Source: Nitrososphaerales archaeon
Lineage (GTDB): Archaea > Thermoproteota > Nitrososphaeria > Nitrososphaerales > JACAEJ01
DNA length: 37,773 nucleotides
Assembly: GCA_038883135.1 (NCBI GenBank)
Contig: JAVZMU010000003.1
Span: 1-37,773 of the forward strand
Direction of reading: 5' to 3'
Part shown: piece by piece, positions 29,686 to 37,773 of the stretch
Layout: every line of letters begins with the position of its first letter
Numbering within the stretch: the stretch's first letter is position 1
Translations under genes and position numbers: made by a program
The notes under the pieces: generated by a model
What the model saw: the letters and a program-made list of their open reading frames with translations, nothing else
The model's database searches: none
Told to the model about the DNA's origin: nothing

Positions 29686-29853
29686 TTATTTTTCTAAAGG
29701 TTCTATCTCCAATGTAAAATCTCGAAAAGATAAGAGCTCGCCACATTTCTTGCACTTACCATTGTAAAGCTTCAAAATGTTACTTGCGTATTTTAAATCC
29801 ATCCCAGAATACAAAGAAGTACCGCAATTATCACAAACTATTTCGAAAGGCAA
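29686..29853 (-). CDS. Small zinc-ribbon protein (55 aa, not in ORF track)
   Basis: Manual translation from TTG: MPFEIVCDNCGTSLYSGMDLKYASNILKLYNGKCKKCGELLSFRDFTLEIEPLEK; two CxxCG knuckles. Confidence 0.82.
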   Translation of the reverse strand: MPFEIVCDNCGTSLYSGMDLKYASNILKLYNGKCKKCGELLSFRDFTLEIEPLEK

Positions 29854-29926
29854 CTCATTTCAAAAGAAAAAAAGCTTGAATAAAAATAATTCGGTTATAT
29901 TCATTTAACCTTAAACATAATTTTGT

Positions 29927-30733
29927 TTATTTCTGTATTGAAGAGCAGATAGATTTTTTATGTGCTAATCCTCTTACATAGATGCACTCATGATGATTAA
30001 CAACCATGTATTCACAATCTATAGGTTTATCGTGTAGTTTTATGCCAGTATTTCTAACTATGACTATTGGTGTTCCTTCATTAGCCTCTCCCATTATTAA
30101 TTGAGCTCCTGCACTTATATCATCGGCTAAAGCACGTAGAGTAACTCTTAGTACATTGTTAAAAAGATCTTTTCTTCCTCTTTCATCTTTAACTGGATCG
30201 AAGCCAGCCACACCTATAGCGATTCCAGTAGTACCAGACCTTAATGGTAATAATCTACTATCCGTTATTATTATCCCGACTTTCTTACCAGTCTCTAATA
30301 GTATTCTTCTTCTTAACTTTTCAGCTTTTTTAAAGGGATCTCTTGGATAAAGTATTGCCCAACCTTTTTGCACATTAGATCTATCTATCCCAGCGTTAGG
30401 AGTGAAGACACCATCCTTTATCGTCAGAGCAAAACCAGGCAAGCTAGCAAAGACTAAATCGGCTTCTCTTAATATTAACTCAGCAAGGTTGCTCGGCGTA
30501 TGTATCTTTAATGCTAAATCTTCAGCTTCAGGGCTCGAAATTACATCTGATAATCTCGCTACTCTACCTTCTGACATAGCTACGAACTTGCTCGATATTA
30601 CCAATATGTCTCCATCTTCTAATCTCTCACCATTACTTTCCACTTCGTCTAAAATTGTTCTGAATAGATCGAATCTTCCTTTCTTCACTTTAACACGGAT
30701 AGGAATATATTCAATCTTTGTATTCTTAACCAA
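29927..30733 (-). CDS. cofE: Coenzyme F420-0:L-glutamate ligase
   Basis: DGDILVISSKFVAMSEG, PNAGIDRSN, IITDS, GTTGIAIG, KDLF, ADDISA and MGEANEGTP motifs. Confidence 0.92.
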   Translation of the reverse strand: MVKNTKIEYIPIRVKVKKGRFDLFRTILDEVESNGERLEDGDILVISSKFVAMSEGRVARLSDVISSPEAEDLALKIHTPSNLAELILREADLVFASLPGFALTIKDGVFTPNAGIDRSNVQKGWAILYPRDPFKKAEKLRRRILLETGKKVGIIITDSRLLPLRSGTTGIAIGVAGFDPVKDERGRKDLFNNVLRVTLRALADDISAGAQLIMGEANEGTPIVIVRNTGIKLHDKPIDCEYMVVNHHECIYVRGLAHKKSICSSIQK

Positions 30734-30735
30734 TA

Positions 30736-31443
30736 TTAATCCTCACTCCAACTCAATCTTATAGGGATTTTGAGAGTTTTACCGATAAGCGCATTGTTCC
30801 TATGCTTTATCACGTTTATCTCTATATGCTCAAGTATTTTATTTAATTTTAAAACTATTTTTGATCGTAGTAAGGTTCTACCGCCTGTTGGAGACGTAAG
30901 CCAGGACTCTGCTTGTTTAGCTTTCTTCGCTCTCATCATGCTTGTAATTATAACAGGTATGTTGAGTTTATTAGCTAGACTTTGTAATAAGCTCAGATAA
31001 ACTCCTATTTTTCTATTGACATCTGATGGTACCCTACTATTAAGAAGGTAATATAGAGTTGTTATTGAATCTAGAACTATGAGCTTTATGTAAGGTGAAA
31101 AAAGAGAGCAAGCATAAGCCATAATATTTTCAATATCTTCACTATTAGGTCTTAAGATAAGTAAATTATCCAAATATTTAGTTTCTTCAATAATTAAATT
31201 CAAAAATGCTGAAAAGATAGTATCAAGATCAATATAAATTACTGAACCTTCTTTTAAAGAAGAATTCACTATATTGCTAATGAATAAAGTTTTAATGAAG
31301 CTATCCTCACTCAAAATCACATTTAATGTTGATCTCTCTAATATAAATAGACAGTCATAAGGTTTTATGGACATAGTTCCGCCTAGAGGCAACTTTTTTA
31401 TCAATTCTATGAAATTTTCTCGGCTTGAGAATACCATCATCAC
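30736..31443 (-). CDS. RecA/RadB-superfamily protein with degenerate Walker A
   Basis: VIYIDLD, Walker B LIVLDSIT, LANKLNIPVIITS, GGRTL and KHR motifs. The P-loop position reads ILSEDSFIKT. Start may be ATG 31374. Confidence 0.72.
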   Translation of the reverse strand: MMMVFSSRENFIELIKKLPLGGTMSIKPYDCLFILERSTLNVILSEDSFIKTLFISNIVNSSLKEGSVIYIDLDTIFSAFLNLIIEETKYLDNLLILRPNSEDIENIMAYACSLFSPYIKLIVLDSITTLYYLLNSRVPSDVNRKIGVYLSLLQSLANKLNIPVIITSMMRAKKAKQAESWLTSPTGGRTLLRSKIVLKLNKILEHIEINVIKHRNNALIGKTLKIPIRLSWSED

Positions 31444-31590
31444 ATTCTCTTTTTAGCAATAAATTAACTCTTTTCCAAAAAACTTACATTATTCCATTGT
31501 TCCAACGTATCTTTATAAAAACTCAATTCAGGAAAGTTTATTATAATATGATAATATTTCGTTTAGGATAGATTTAAGCATAAGTAACTT

Positions 31591-32033
31591 TCATAAGATG
31601 CAGTAATTTGTCCAAACAGATTCAAAACCAGCCGATATTTGAGCGGCAGATCCTTCTCTACTAGCGCTACCTCCTGAGCCTATGGTTATTGCAGATGCAA
31701 TCAACTTAATTATAGATGCTCTAATTCTAACCTCTCCTCGTTCATTGCGAAAGGCACTCACTATTATGTCTACATTATCTCCTTCTGCTTCTAGAGCAAG
31801 ATTGTATGCTATTGTTCCACTTATTAATCCGCCTAATGTAGTTATCAAAGGTAAAAGATAAGGTCGACCTATAAGGTATTACGTGGTTAAACACTTCACC
31901 AGTAGGTGAAGATGGTATGCATAACCCCAAACCATAAAAGAAGATTTGTAGTTCAGATTATTGCATCGAATCCAGCTATGATTCCAACTAGTATACTAGT
32001 TGGAATCCATTCACTTAGATAACTTTCTTCCAT
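31591..32033 (-). pseudogene. CLC chloride channel/antiporter pseudogene (N-terminal fragment)
   Basis: MEESYLSEWIPTSILVGIIAGFDAII* then, after frame breaks, RPYLLPLITTLGGLISG...KLIASAITIGSGGSASREGSAAQISAGF. Truncated after the gating-glutamate motif. Confidence 0.82.
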
Positions 32034-32095
32034 TCTATTCGAGTATTTGAGTGGCTTTATACCTTTACTTCGGATTTTTGATATTAATCTAATTT

Positions 32096-32830
32096 TTACT
32101 CATACACTCCCCATGGAGGTTGAGATTCCACAGGTTTAGCTTGTTTACGAAGAACCTTTAATCTTTCTGCTATCCTCTCAGCCTCTTGTTGAAGAGGAGA
32201 GATGTCAACTCTAATTTCTGGAATTAACTTATCTATTATCTCTACAACTTTTACAGCAACCTTCACTTCGGGCATATCTGGTTGTATTGGTATTACTAAA
32301 CTAATTACATCAAAGTTAGCCCATCTTCCTTCATTAAGAAGAAGACCGGATATACCAGGTATTATCCCAATATTCAATTGCTTTATATGATTTGAAATAA
32401 GTTTCTGCCTAGCTTTATCTGTGCTTCCAACACCCATTACATCAAGCTCTTTTTCCATAGGAAGGAGCTCTACAGGATAGCCTACAGGCGATATTATTAA
32501 GGAGCATTTTTGTTCTTTAGCCCAGTTAAGCAAAGTTTTTGCTAACGGTCTATAAAGAAATGGAAGAATTCTAAACTCAGATAAGAATACAACTGTCTTT
32601 AATTCTTCACTCGCATAGATTCTTGCTGGGAATTTTGGTTTATTAGCATAAATCATAGATACAGCTGGGAAGCGATCAGAATCTATTGCTGCTATTTGAT
32701 CCAAGTTGAGTGCTGCTACTAAATAGTTAGCAGCAATTGTATTTACTAATCCAATGCTTGGAAAACCATCTATTATAGTAGCCCCATCGAGTTTCATCTT
32801 CTTGAATTCTCTTAATTCTATCTCTACCAA
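32096..32830 (-). CDS. PAC2-family proteasome assembly chaperone
   Basis: IIDGFPSIGLVNTIAANYL, FPARIY, VFLSE and GISGLLL motifs; C-terminal YE (HbYX-like VYE). Start placed at TTG 32830. Confidence 0.88.
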   Translation of the reverse strand: MVEIELREFKKMKLDGATIIDGFPSIGLVNTIAANYLVAALNLDQIAAIDSDRFPAVSMIYANKPKFPARIYASEELKTVVFLSEFRILPFLYRPLAKTLLNWAKEQKCSLIISPVGYPVELLPMEKELDVMGVGSTDKARQKLISNHIKQLNIGIIPGISGLLLNEGRWANFDVISLVIPIQPDMPEVKVAVKVVEIIDKLIPEIRVDISPLQQEAERIAERLKVLRKQAKPVESQPPWGVYE

Positions 32831-32962
32831 AAGATCACGATTTATTGTAAAATATAGTGATAAATAAATACCTTTACTTAAAATCATGGTTTATTAAGGT
32901 GTAACATATTTATCTTACTTAAGCATCAAGATTTTAATAGGAAGAACACTTTATGGTGGGTA

Positions 32963-33586
32963 TTGTTGCCTAATGAGATAGCTGTAACAACTATTGATGG
33001 TAGAGCTTATTATAAAATCACAAGTATTTTAAAAGAAATGGGGCTAGAATTCGATAATGTAATGATAGGACAGAGCTTTAGCCCTCGTGTAAAGCTAGTT
33101 ATAACTACTGAAAAAGAAAGGAATCTGATAAATCATGAGAAGATTTTATCTTTAGAAGAATTGAGTAAAGATCCTTACCTTGCTAAAGAGAAGATAATAG
33201 ATTATCTTTATAGTAATAGCGACGAATCAATAATAATAGGTATCGATCCTGGAAAGAGGATAGGTATAGCAGTCTATTATAAGCAAAGAGAATTGATGGG
33301 AGAAGTTTTAAACTCTGTAGATGAGATAATAGAAAAAATTGTAAAATTAGTTAATTGTAGTCACGTAAAAAAGAAGATAGTAAGAATTGGAAATGGTGAA
33401 CTAGATATAGCGGAAAGGATAGCAAACGAACTTTCAAAACGCCTTAAGGATGTGATTATTGAATTAGTGGATGAAAGAGGAACTTCTTCTCTTTCGAAAA
33501 TAAAGTCTAGGAGGAAGATTGTAAGAGATCAAAGATCTGCTATGATTATTGCCCTCAGGCAAGGAAAAAGGTACTTTGGAGATTAG
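32963..33586 (+). CDS. Protein with C-terminal YqgF/RuvX-like RNase H-fold domain
   Basis: IIIGIDPGKRIGIAV, VRIGNG, LVDERGTS and RDQRSAMIIA acidic-residue pattern; unknown N-terminal alpha/beta domain. Confidence 0.75.
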   Translation: MLPNEIAVTTIDGRAYYKITSILKEMGLEFDNVMIGQSFSPRVKLVITTEKERNLINHEKILSLEELSKDPYLAKEKIIDYLYSNSDESIIIGIDPGKRIGIAVYYKQRELMGEVLNSVDEIIEKIVKLVNCSHVKKKIVRIGNGELDIAERIANELSKRLKDVIIELVDERGTSSLSKIKSRRKIVRDQRSAMIIALRQGKRYFGD

Positions 33587-34859
33587 ATCATATAAATTAA
33601 ATAAAAGTGAAGTTTTACTTGTTAAGGGACCAGCATCTGTTAAGGCTGAGAGTAAAGGCTTATCTGCTCTAGGAGTTAATATGAGCATCGGAGAAAAAAT
33701 AATTGTAAGAAAGAACAAAGTTCTACCTTTTGAAGTTAATGAAGATAATTCTTTGGTACAAGTAACTTTAGGCGAAAAAGGAGAAAGTTGGGTTAGCTAT
33801 AATAAAGTTGGTGTGAGAATATGGAAAGATTTAGAAGAAAAAGTCCTTAAGAATTTTCAGATAGGTAGAAAAAGAATAATAATAATAGGAGAGACAGACT
33901 CAGGAAAATCTACCTTAACATCCTATCTAGCCAATAAAGCTTTAATGAGAGGCTTAAAGACTATAATAATTGATGGAGATATAGGTCAAGGCGATTTAGC
34001 GCCACCAGGCTGCATTGGAGCGATACTTATAAAAAATAAAATTTATGACCTCAGAGATCTAGAAGCAGACATATTAAGCTTTCTAGGCTTTACTTCCCCT
34101 AGATATGTTAGAGATTTAGTAATAGAAAGAATGAAGAAAATTATTTCTCGTATAGAAGAAAAAGAGTACGATTTATGCATAATAAATACTGATGGTTATA
34201 TTGTTGAGGAAGGCATGAGTTACAAGGTCGATATGATTAAAGAATTTAAACCTGACATAATCATTTGCTTTAAAGATACTGATAAGGAATTATTCAGAAG
34301 GCTAAAGGATTTCGATAATAATTCTATGGTTATTGTTGCAGATAGACCTGAGGGGGTTGTCAAGAGTTCTCATGAGAGGATTGAAAGAAGGTTGAGTCAA
34401 TACTACCGATTTTTAAAAGATGGAAAGGATTTAAACGTTAGCTTAAATAAAATGAAACTGAGCTTTATGAAAGATTTTTATGAGTTTAATCCATCTAAAA
34501 TCGAATTAGAAGAATTTTCTCATAAATTATCATCAAAAATATATTTTGCAAAGAAAACTAATAATAATAAAATAATTGTATTTAGATCAAACTTTGGTGA
34601 TTCAGTAGAAATATTTGATAGATTTACTATCTTCAATCAAAACAGTTTAATAGGTATGTTTGTAGGATTAGGAGTTAATGATGATGTGTTTGGTTTTGCT
34701 CAGATAAGAAAATTACATCCAAATCAAACAATAACTTTGAATACAAATTTCAAAGGTAAATTTGATACTTTATTCTTAAGTAGTATAAGAATCTCTTTAA
34801 ATTTAAGAAATGAGACAATATTACCAATAATAAGAAAAAACTTACAACTTGGAAGTTAG
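33576..34859 (+). CDS. Clp1/Grc3(Nol9)-family polynucleotide 5'-hydroxyl kinase
   Basis: N-terminal LLVKGPASV, Walker A GETDSGKST, DGDIGQ..LAPPG, INTDGY and lid ERIERR motifs. Start placed at TTG 33576 (ORF track 33549). Confidence 0.9.
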   Translation: MEIRSYKLNKSEVLLVKGPASVKAESKGLSALGVNMSIGEKIIVRKNKVLPFEVNEDNSLVQVTLGEKGESWVSYNKVGVRIWKDLEEKVLKNFQIGRKRIIIIGETDSGKSTLTSYLANKALMRGLKTIIIDGDIGQGDLAPPGCIGAILIKNKIYDLRDLEADILSFLGFTSPRYVRDLVIERMKKIISRIEEKEYDLCIINTDGYIVEEGMSYKVDMIKEFKPDIIICFKDTDKELFRRLKDFDNNSMVIVADRPEGVVKSSHERIERRLSQYYRFLKDGKDLNVSLNKMKLSFMKDFYEFNPSKIELEEFSHKLSSKIYFAKKTNNNKIIVFRSNFGDSVEIFDRFTIFNQNSLIGMFVGLGVNDDVFGFAQIRKLHPNQTITLNTNFKGKFDTLFLSSIRISLNLRNETILPIIRKNLQLGS

Positions 34860-34953
34860 ACAGAGGACTTATATATTTCTTACGTTAAAAAATATATTGG
34901 ATTTTATTTCCATTAAAGACTATTTAAAAAAGATTAAAATTTCGTAATATGAG

Positions 34954-35499
34954 GTGATAGATTTGTCGAGAGCGTTAGCTCTCGTTATACTAATTGGAAT
35001 TCTAAACTCTGCCTCTATTGGGCTTATAGGACCTATATATCCAATATTCGTAACAAATCGCTTAGCAGGTAGTTTATCAGATGTAGGATTACTTTACGCA
35101 ATATTCTATTTATCATCAGCATTTTTAAAAATAATTACAGGGAAACTTTCAGATATATATGGAAGGCAGAAAGTCTTTCTATTAGGTGCATTTTTAGGAG
35201 CAATAGCCACATTTGGTTACACTTTAGCTTCAAATGTAATACATCTTTCCATACTTGAGTTTCTTAATGGTACTGCTTTTGCCTTTGAGAGACCAGCTTT
35301 ACTTGCTCTTACTGTTGATTTAAGTAGACCTGAAAATCTTGGTCTTAACTTTGGATTATTGGATTCTGCTACTGACCTCATTATAGCTTTAACTTCTCTT
35401 TTAGTTGCTATAATTGTAGGATTATTTGATATAAGCTACCTCTTTTATATCTGTTCAGGCTTACAAGCAATGTCTGGCTTTTTGGTCTTAAGGAGGTAA
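34954..35499 (+). CDS. MFS-family membrane protein, half-size (6 TM)
   Basis: Motif A GKLSDIYGRQK after TM2; six hydrophobic helices; only 181 aa. Confidence 0.8.
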   Translation: MIDLSRALALVILIGILNSASIGLIGPIYPIFVTNRLAGSLSDVGLLYAIFYLSSAFLKIITGKLSDIYGRQKVFLLGAFLGAIATFGYTLASNVIHLSILEFLNGTAFAFERPALLALTVDLSRPENLGLNFGLLDSATDLIIALTSLLVAIIVGLFDISYLFYICSGLQAMSGFLVLRR

Positions 35500-35557
35500 A
35501 ATCTTATTGAATATACACTCTTCTGCAAGTTATTGAAGAATATTGATAAATAAATTG

Positions 35558-35662
35558 TGCCGGGGATGGGTTTTGAACCCACGACTTCTGTTCATATGAT
35601 CTCCAGATTATGAGTCACGCCCAAGCTAGCCTGGCGCTCTAACCAGGCTGAGCTACCCCGGC
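35558..35662 (-). tRNA. tRNA-Met(CAT), elongator type, with two 15-nt introns (30/31 and probably 45/46)
   Basis: Spliced: GCCGGGG TA GCTC AGCCTGGTTA GAGC G CCAGA CTCATAA TCTGG AGGTC GTGGG TTCAAAA CCCAT CCCCGGC A (75 nt). Introns at 35616-35630 and 35586-35600. CCA not encoded. Confidence 0.9.
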
Positions 35663-35767
35663 ACGGCATATGATTAGAATAATAAGTTAAATATATTCTT
35701 TGATTTCCTGCTCACCATAACTTCGAAGATATAAAAGCAAGTTTAATGTAACTTATAATGATGGTAT

Positions 35768-37633
35768 TTGAAGAGTATACTTCTCAACAAGTATGGTAAG
35801 AAAGTGATTCTTCTTGGTAATGAAGCTATAGTTAGAGGAGCTTTAGAAGCTGGCGTTGGCTTTTCTTCTACTTATCCTGGAACTCCTGCATCAGAAATTG
35901 GAGATACTTTTTCAGAAATCGCTAAAGATGCTAACTTGTATTTTGAATATAGCATTAATGAGAAAGTTGCCTTGGAAGCTGCTGTTGGAGCTGCCCTTTG
36001 TGGAGTTAGATCAATGGTCTCCTTTAAGCAGTACGGATTGAACGTATCTTCTGATAGTGCCTTTCCTCTAGCGTATATAGGGGTTAAAGCTGGCATGGTC
36101 ATAGTAGTCGCTGATGATCCAAACTGCTGGAGTAGCGCTCAATCAGAGCAAGATAGTCGTTACTACGCTCGATTAGCACATATACCAATGCTAGAACCTT
36201 CAGATCCACAAGAATGTAAAGATTTCACAAAGATAGCCTTTGATTTATCTGAGAAATTCAGTATCCCTTTACTCTTGAGGACTACAACAAGAGTGAGTCA
36301 TGGAAGGGGGGTTGTTAAACTTGGCAAAATAGTTGAAGGAAAAAAACGAGGCAAGTTTAATAAAGATTCGATAAGGTTTAGGAACTTTCCCCCGTATATA
36401 ATAGAGACTCATGAAGAGCTGCACAAAAAGTTGGACGAATTAAGGAGAATATCTGAAAAAATTGACATAAATTTCTCTTTGAATGAAGGCTTAAGAAATG
36501 ATTTAGGCATAGTAACTTCTGGTGTTGCGTTTAACTACGTTATGGACGCTCTACAAGATCTGAAGTTAGATTTACCAGTTTTAAAATTGGGAATGACCTA
36601 TCCTATACCAAATGATAAGATAAGGAACTTCATAAAAGATCTTAAATCAATTCTTATCGTTGAAGAAATCGAACCAATTCTTGAAGAAAGCGTAAGTGCT
36701 CTAGCAAAGGATGTTAACCCAGAATTGAAGTTTTATGGAAAGAAGAATGGTTATCTCCCAAGGTCTGGTGAACTTAAGGAATGGCATATATTGCTTGCTA
36801 TTAGCAAAATAACTGGAGTAAAATCACAATTCAATCCTATTGCTCAGAAAGAAGAGTACAAAAAGTTAAGTGTAGTAAAAAGACTTCCTGTAATGTGTCC
36901 AGGCTGCCCTCATAGGGCTTCATTCTTTGCAACAAAATCAGTGGTGGGAGAAGATGCTGTATTCGGTGGAGACATAGGTTGCTATATATTAGGGGTTTAT
37001 CCACCTTTTGAAACTCAGGATTTCGTATTCTCTATGGGCGCTAGTGAAGGAGTTATTCATGGTATCAAAAAAGTCAGTAATCAGAAGGCTATTGCGTTTA
37101 TCGGAGATTCGACCTTCTTTCATGCTGGAATTCCAGGCTTGATAAACACTGTTTACAACGGATCGAATCCTTTGATAATAATTCTTGATAATAGATCCAC
37201 TGCTATGACAGGTCATCAGCCACATCCTGGAGTTGGCATAACTGGTATGGGAGAGAAGAGCAAAGTCATAAACATAGAGGATATAGTAAGGGCTTGTGGC
37301 GTTGAGAATGTAAAGGTAGTAGATCCTTTCAATATAAAGGAGATGGAAGATGCAGTCAAAGAATATTTACAAAAAGAAAAGGTTTCTGTGATAGTTGCAA
37401 AGAGAGAGTGCCAATTGCTGGCTATTAGAAGAAAGAAGAGAGAAGGAATTGTAATACCAAAGTTTGGAATAGATCAAAGCCTTTGTGATGGTTGTGGCAT
37501 ATGTTTGTATCAGTTTGGTTGTCCAGCAATATTCATAGAGGATGGTAAGTTCTTCATAGACAAAGACCTTTGCACAGGTTGTGCTGTTTGTGTTCGCATA
37601 TGCCCAAAAAGAGCGATAAAGGCGGTGAAATAA
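35768..37633 (+). CDS. iorA: Indolepyruvate:ferredoxin oxidoreductase alpha subunit
   Basis: LLGNEAIVRG, YPGTP, NEKVA, EQDSR, CPGCPHR, GDIGCY, GDSTFFHAG, AMTGHQ motifs and C-terminal 2x[4Fe-4S] motifs. Confidence 0.95.
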   Translation: MKSILLNKYGKKVILLGNEAIVRGALEAGVGFSSTYPGTPASEIGDTFSEIAKDANLYFEYSINEKVALEAAVGAALCGVRSMVSFKQYGLNVSSDSAFPLAYIGVKAGMVIVVADDPNCWSSAQSEQDSRYYARLAHIPMLEPSDPQECKDFTKIAFDLSEKFSIPLLLRTTTRVSHGRGVVKLGKIVEGKKRGKFNKDSIRFRNFPPYIIETHEELHKKLDELRRISEKIDINFSLNEGLRNDLGIVTSGVAFNYVMDALQDLKLDLPVLKLGMTYPIPNDKIRNFIKDLKSILIVEEIEPILEESVSALAKDVNPELKFYGKKNGYLPRSGELKEWHILLAISKITGVKSQFNPIAQKEEYKKLSVVKRLPVMCPGCPHRASFFATKSVVGEDAVFGGDIGCYILGVYPPFETQDFVFSMGASEGVIHGIKKVSNQKAIAFIGDSTFFHAGIPGLINTVYNGSNPLIIILDNRSTAMTGHQPHPGVGITGMGEKSKVINIEDIVRACGVENVKVVDPFNIKEMEDAVKEYLQKEKVSVIVAKRECQLLAIRRKKREGIVIPKFGIDQSLCDGCGICLYQFGCPAIFIEDGKFFIDKDLCTGCAVCVRICPKRAIKAVK

Positions 37634-37773
37634 TGGAATTCAACATAATAATAACAGGTATAGGAGGGCAAGGAGTTCTTACTCTTACGAATATAATAAC
37701 TTGGTCTGCCTTAAAGGAAGGATTTGATGCTAAGGCATCTGAATTGCATGGCTTGGCTCAAAGAGGTGGTGCA
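37633..37773 (+). CDS. iorB: Indolepyruvate:ferredoxin oxidoreductase beta subunit, N-terminal part (runs off window)
   Basis: Manual translation MEFNIIITGIGGQGVLTLTNIITWSALKEGFDAKASELHGLAQRGGA; TAATG overlap with iorA. Confidence 0.93.
   Translation, partial: MEFNIIITGIGGQGVLTLTNIITWSALKEGFDAKASELHGLAQRGGA

Noticed and set aside
187-37225. Numerous antisense or alternate-frame ORFs in the track (e.g. 187-528, 4076-4360, 6149-6505, 16662-17063, 24414-24719, 27768-28085, 30402-30764, 36989-37225)
   Set aside because: They lie within or almost entirely overlap well-supported genes and have no motifs; these are shadow ORFs.
1-37773. CRISPR array, rRNA, integrase or provirus
   Set aside because: No regularly spaced repeats, no long GC-rich structural RNA, and no integrase or att duplication of the tRNA 3' end seen by eye.

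Overview
AT-rich archaeal chromosomal segment. Gene content and protein style suggest a TACK lineage, most like deep-branching Nitrososphaerota/Thaumarchaeota; this is an inference. The left end is the conserved rpoN-eno-rps2-MEMO1-mvk-ipk-fni-idsA operon. Housekeeping genes follow: glmS, rpoK, pyrC, Rqc2/RqcH, nadE, a LeuCD-type hydro-lyase with an NADP-type isocitrate-dehydrogenase-like enzyme, PurM-like protein, topoisomerase IA, cofE, PAC2 and iorAB. Features absent from or split in the ORF track: a tRNA-Met(CAT) with two non-canonical introns, a 55-aa zinc-ribbon gene, a multiply disrupted HTH-regulator pseudogene, a CLC-channel pseudogene and a decayed IS6-family transposase relic. Best candidates for undescribed systems: (1) a stand-alone NurA-HerA pair sharing a 67-bp bidirectional promoter region, with two TTGT-N3-ACAA palindromes, with a divergent winged-helix gene; (2) an overlapping YqgF/RNase H-fold nuclease + Clp1/Grc3 polynucleotide kinase gene pair; (3) an OSTC/OST3-OST6-like membrane protein; (4) a 6-TM half-MFS gene. 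All calls come from reading motifs by eye; no searches were run.
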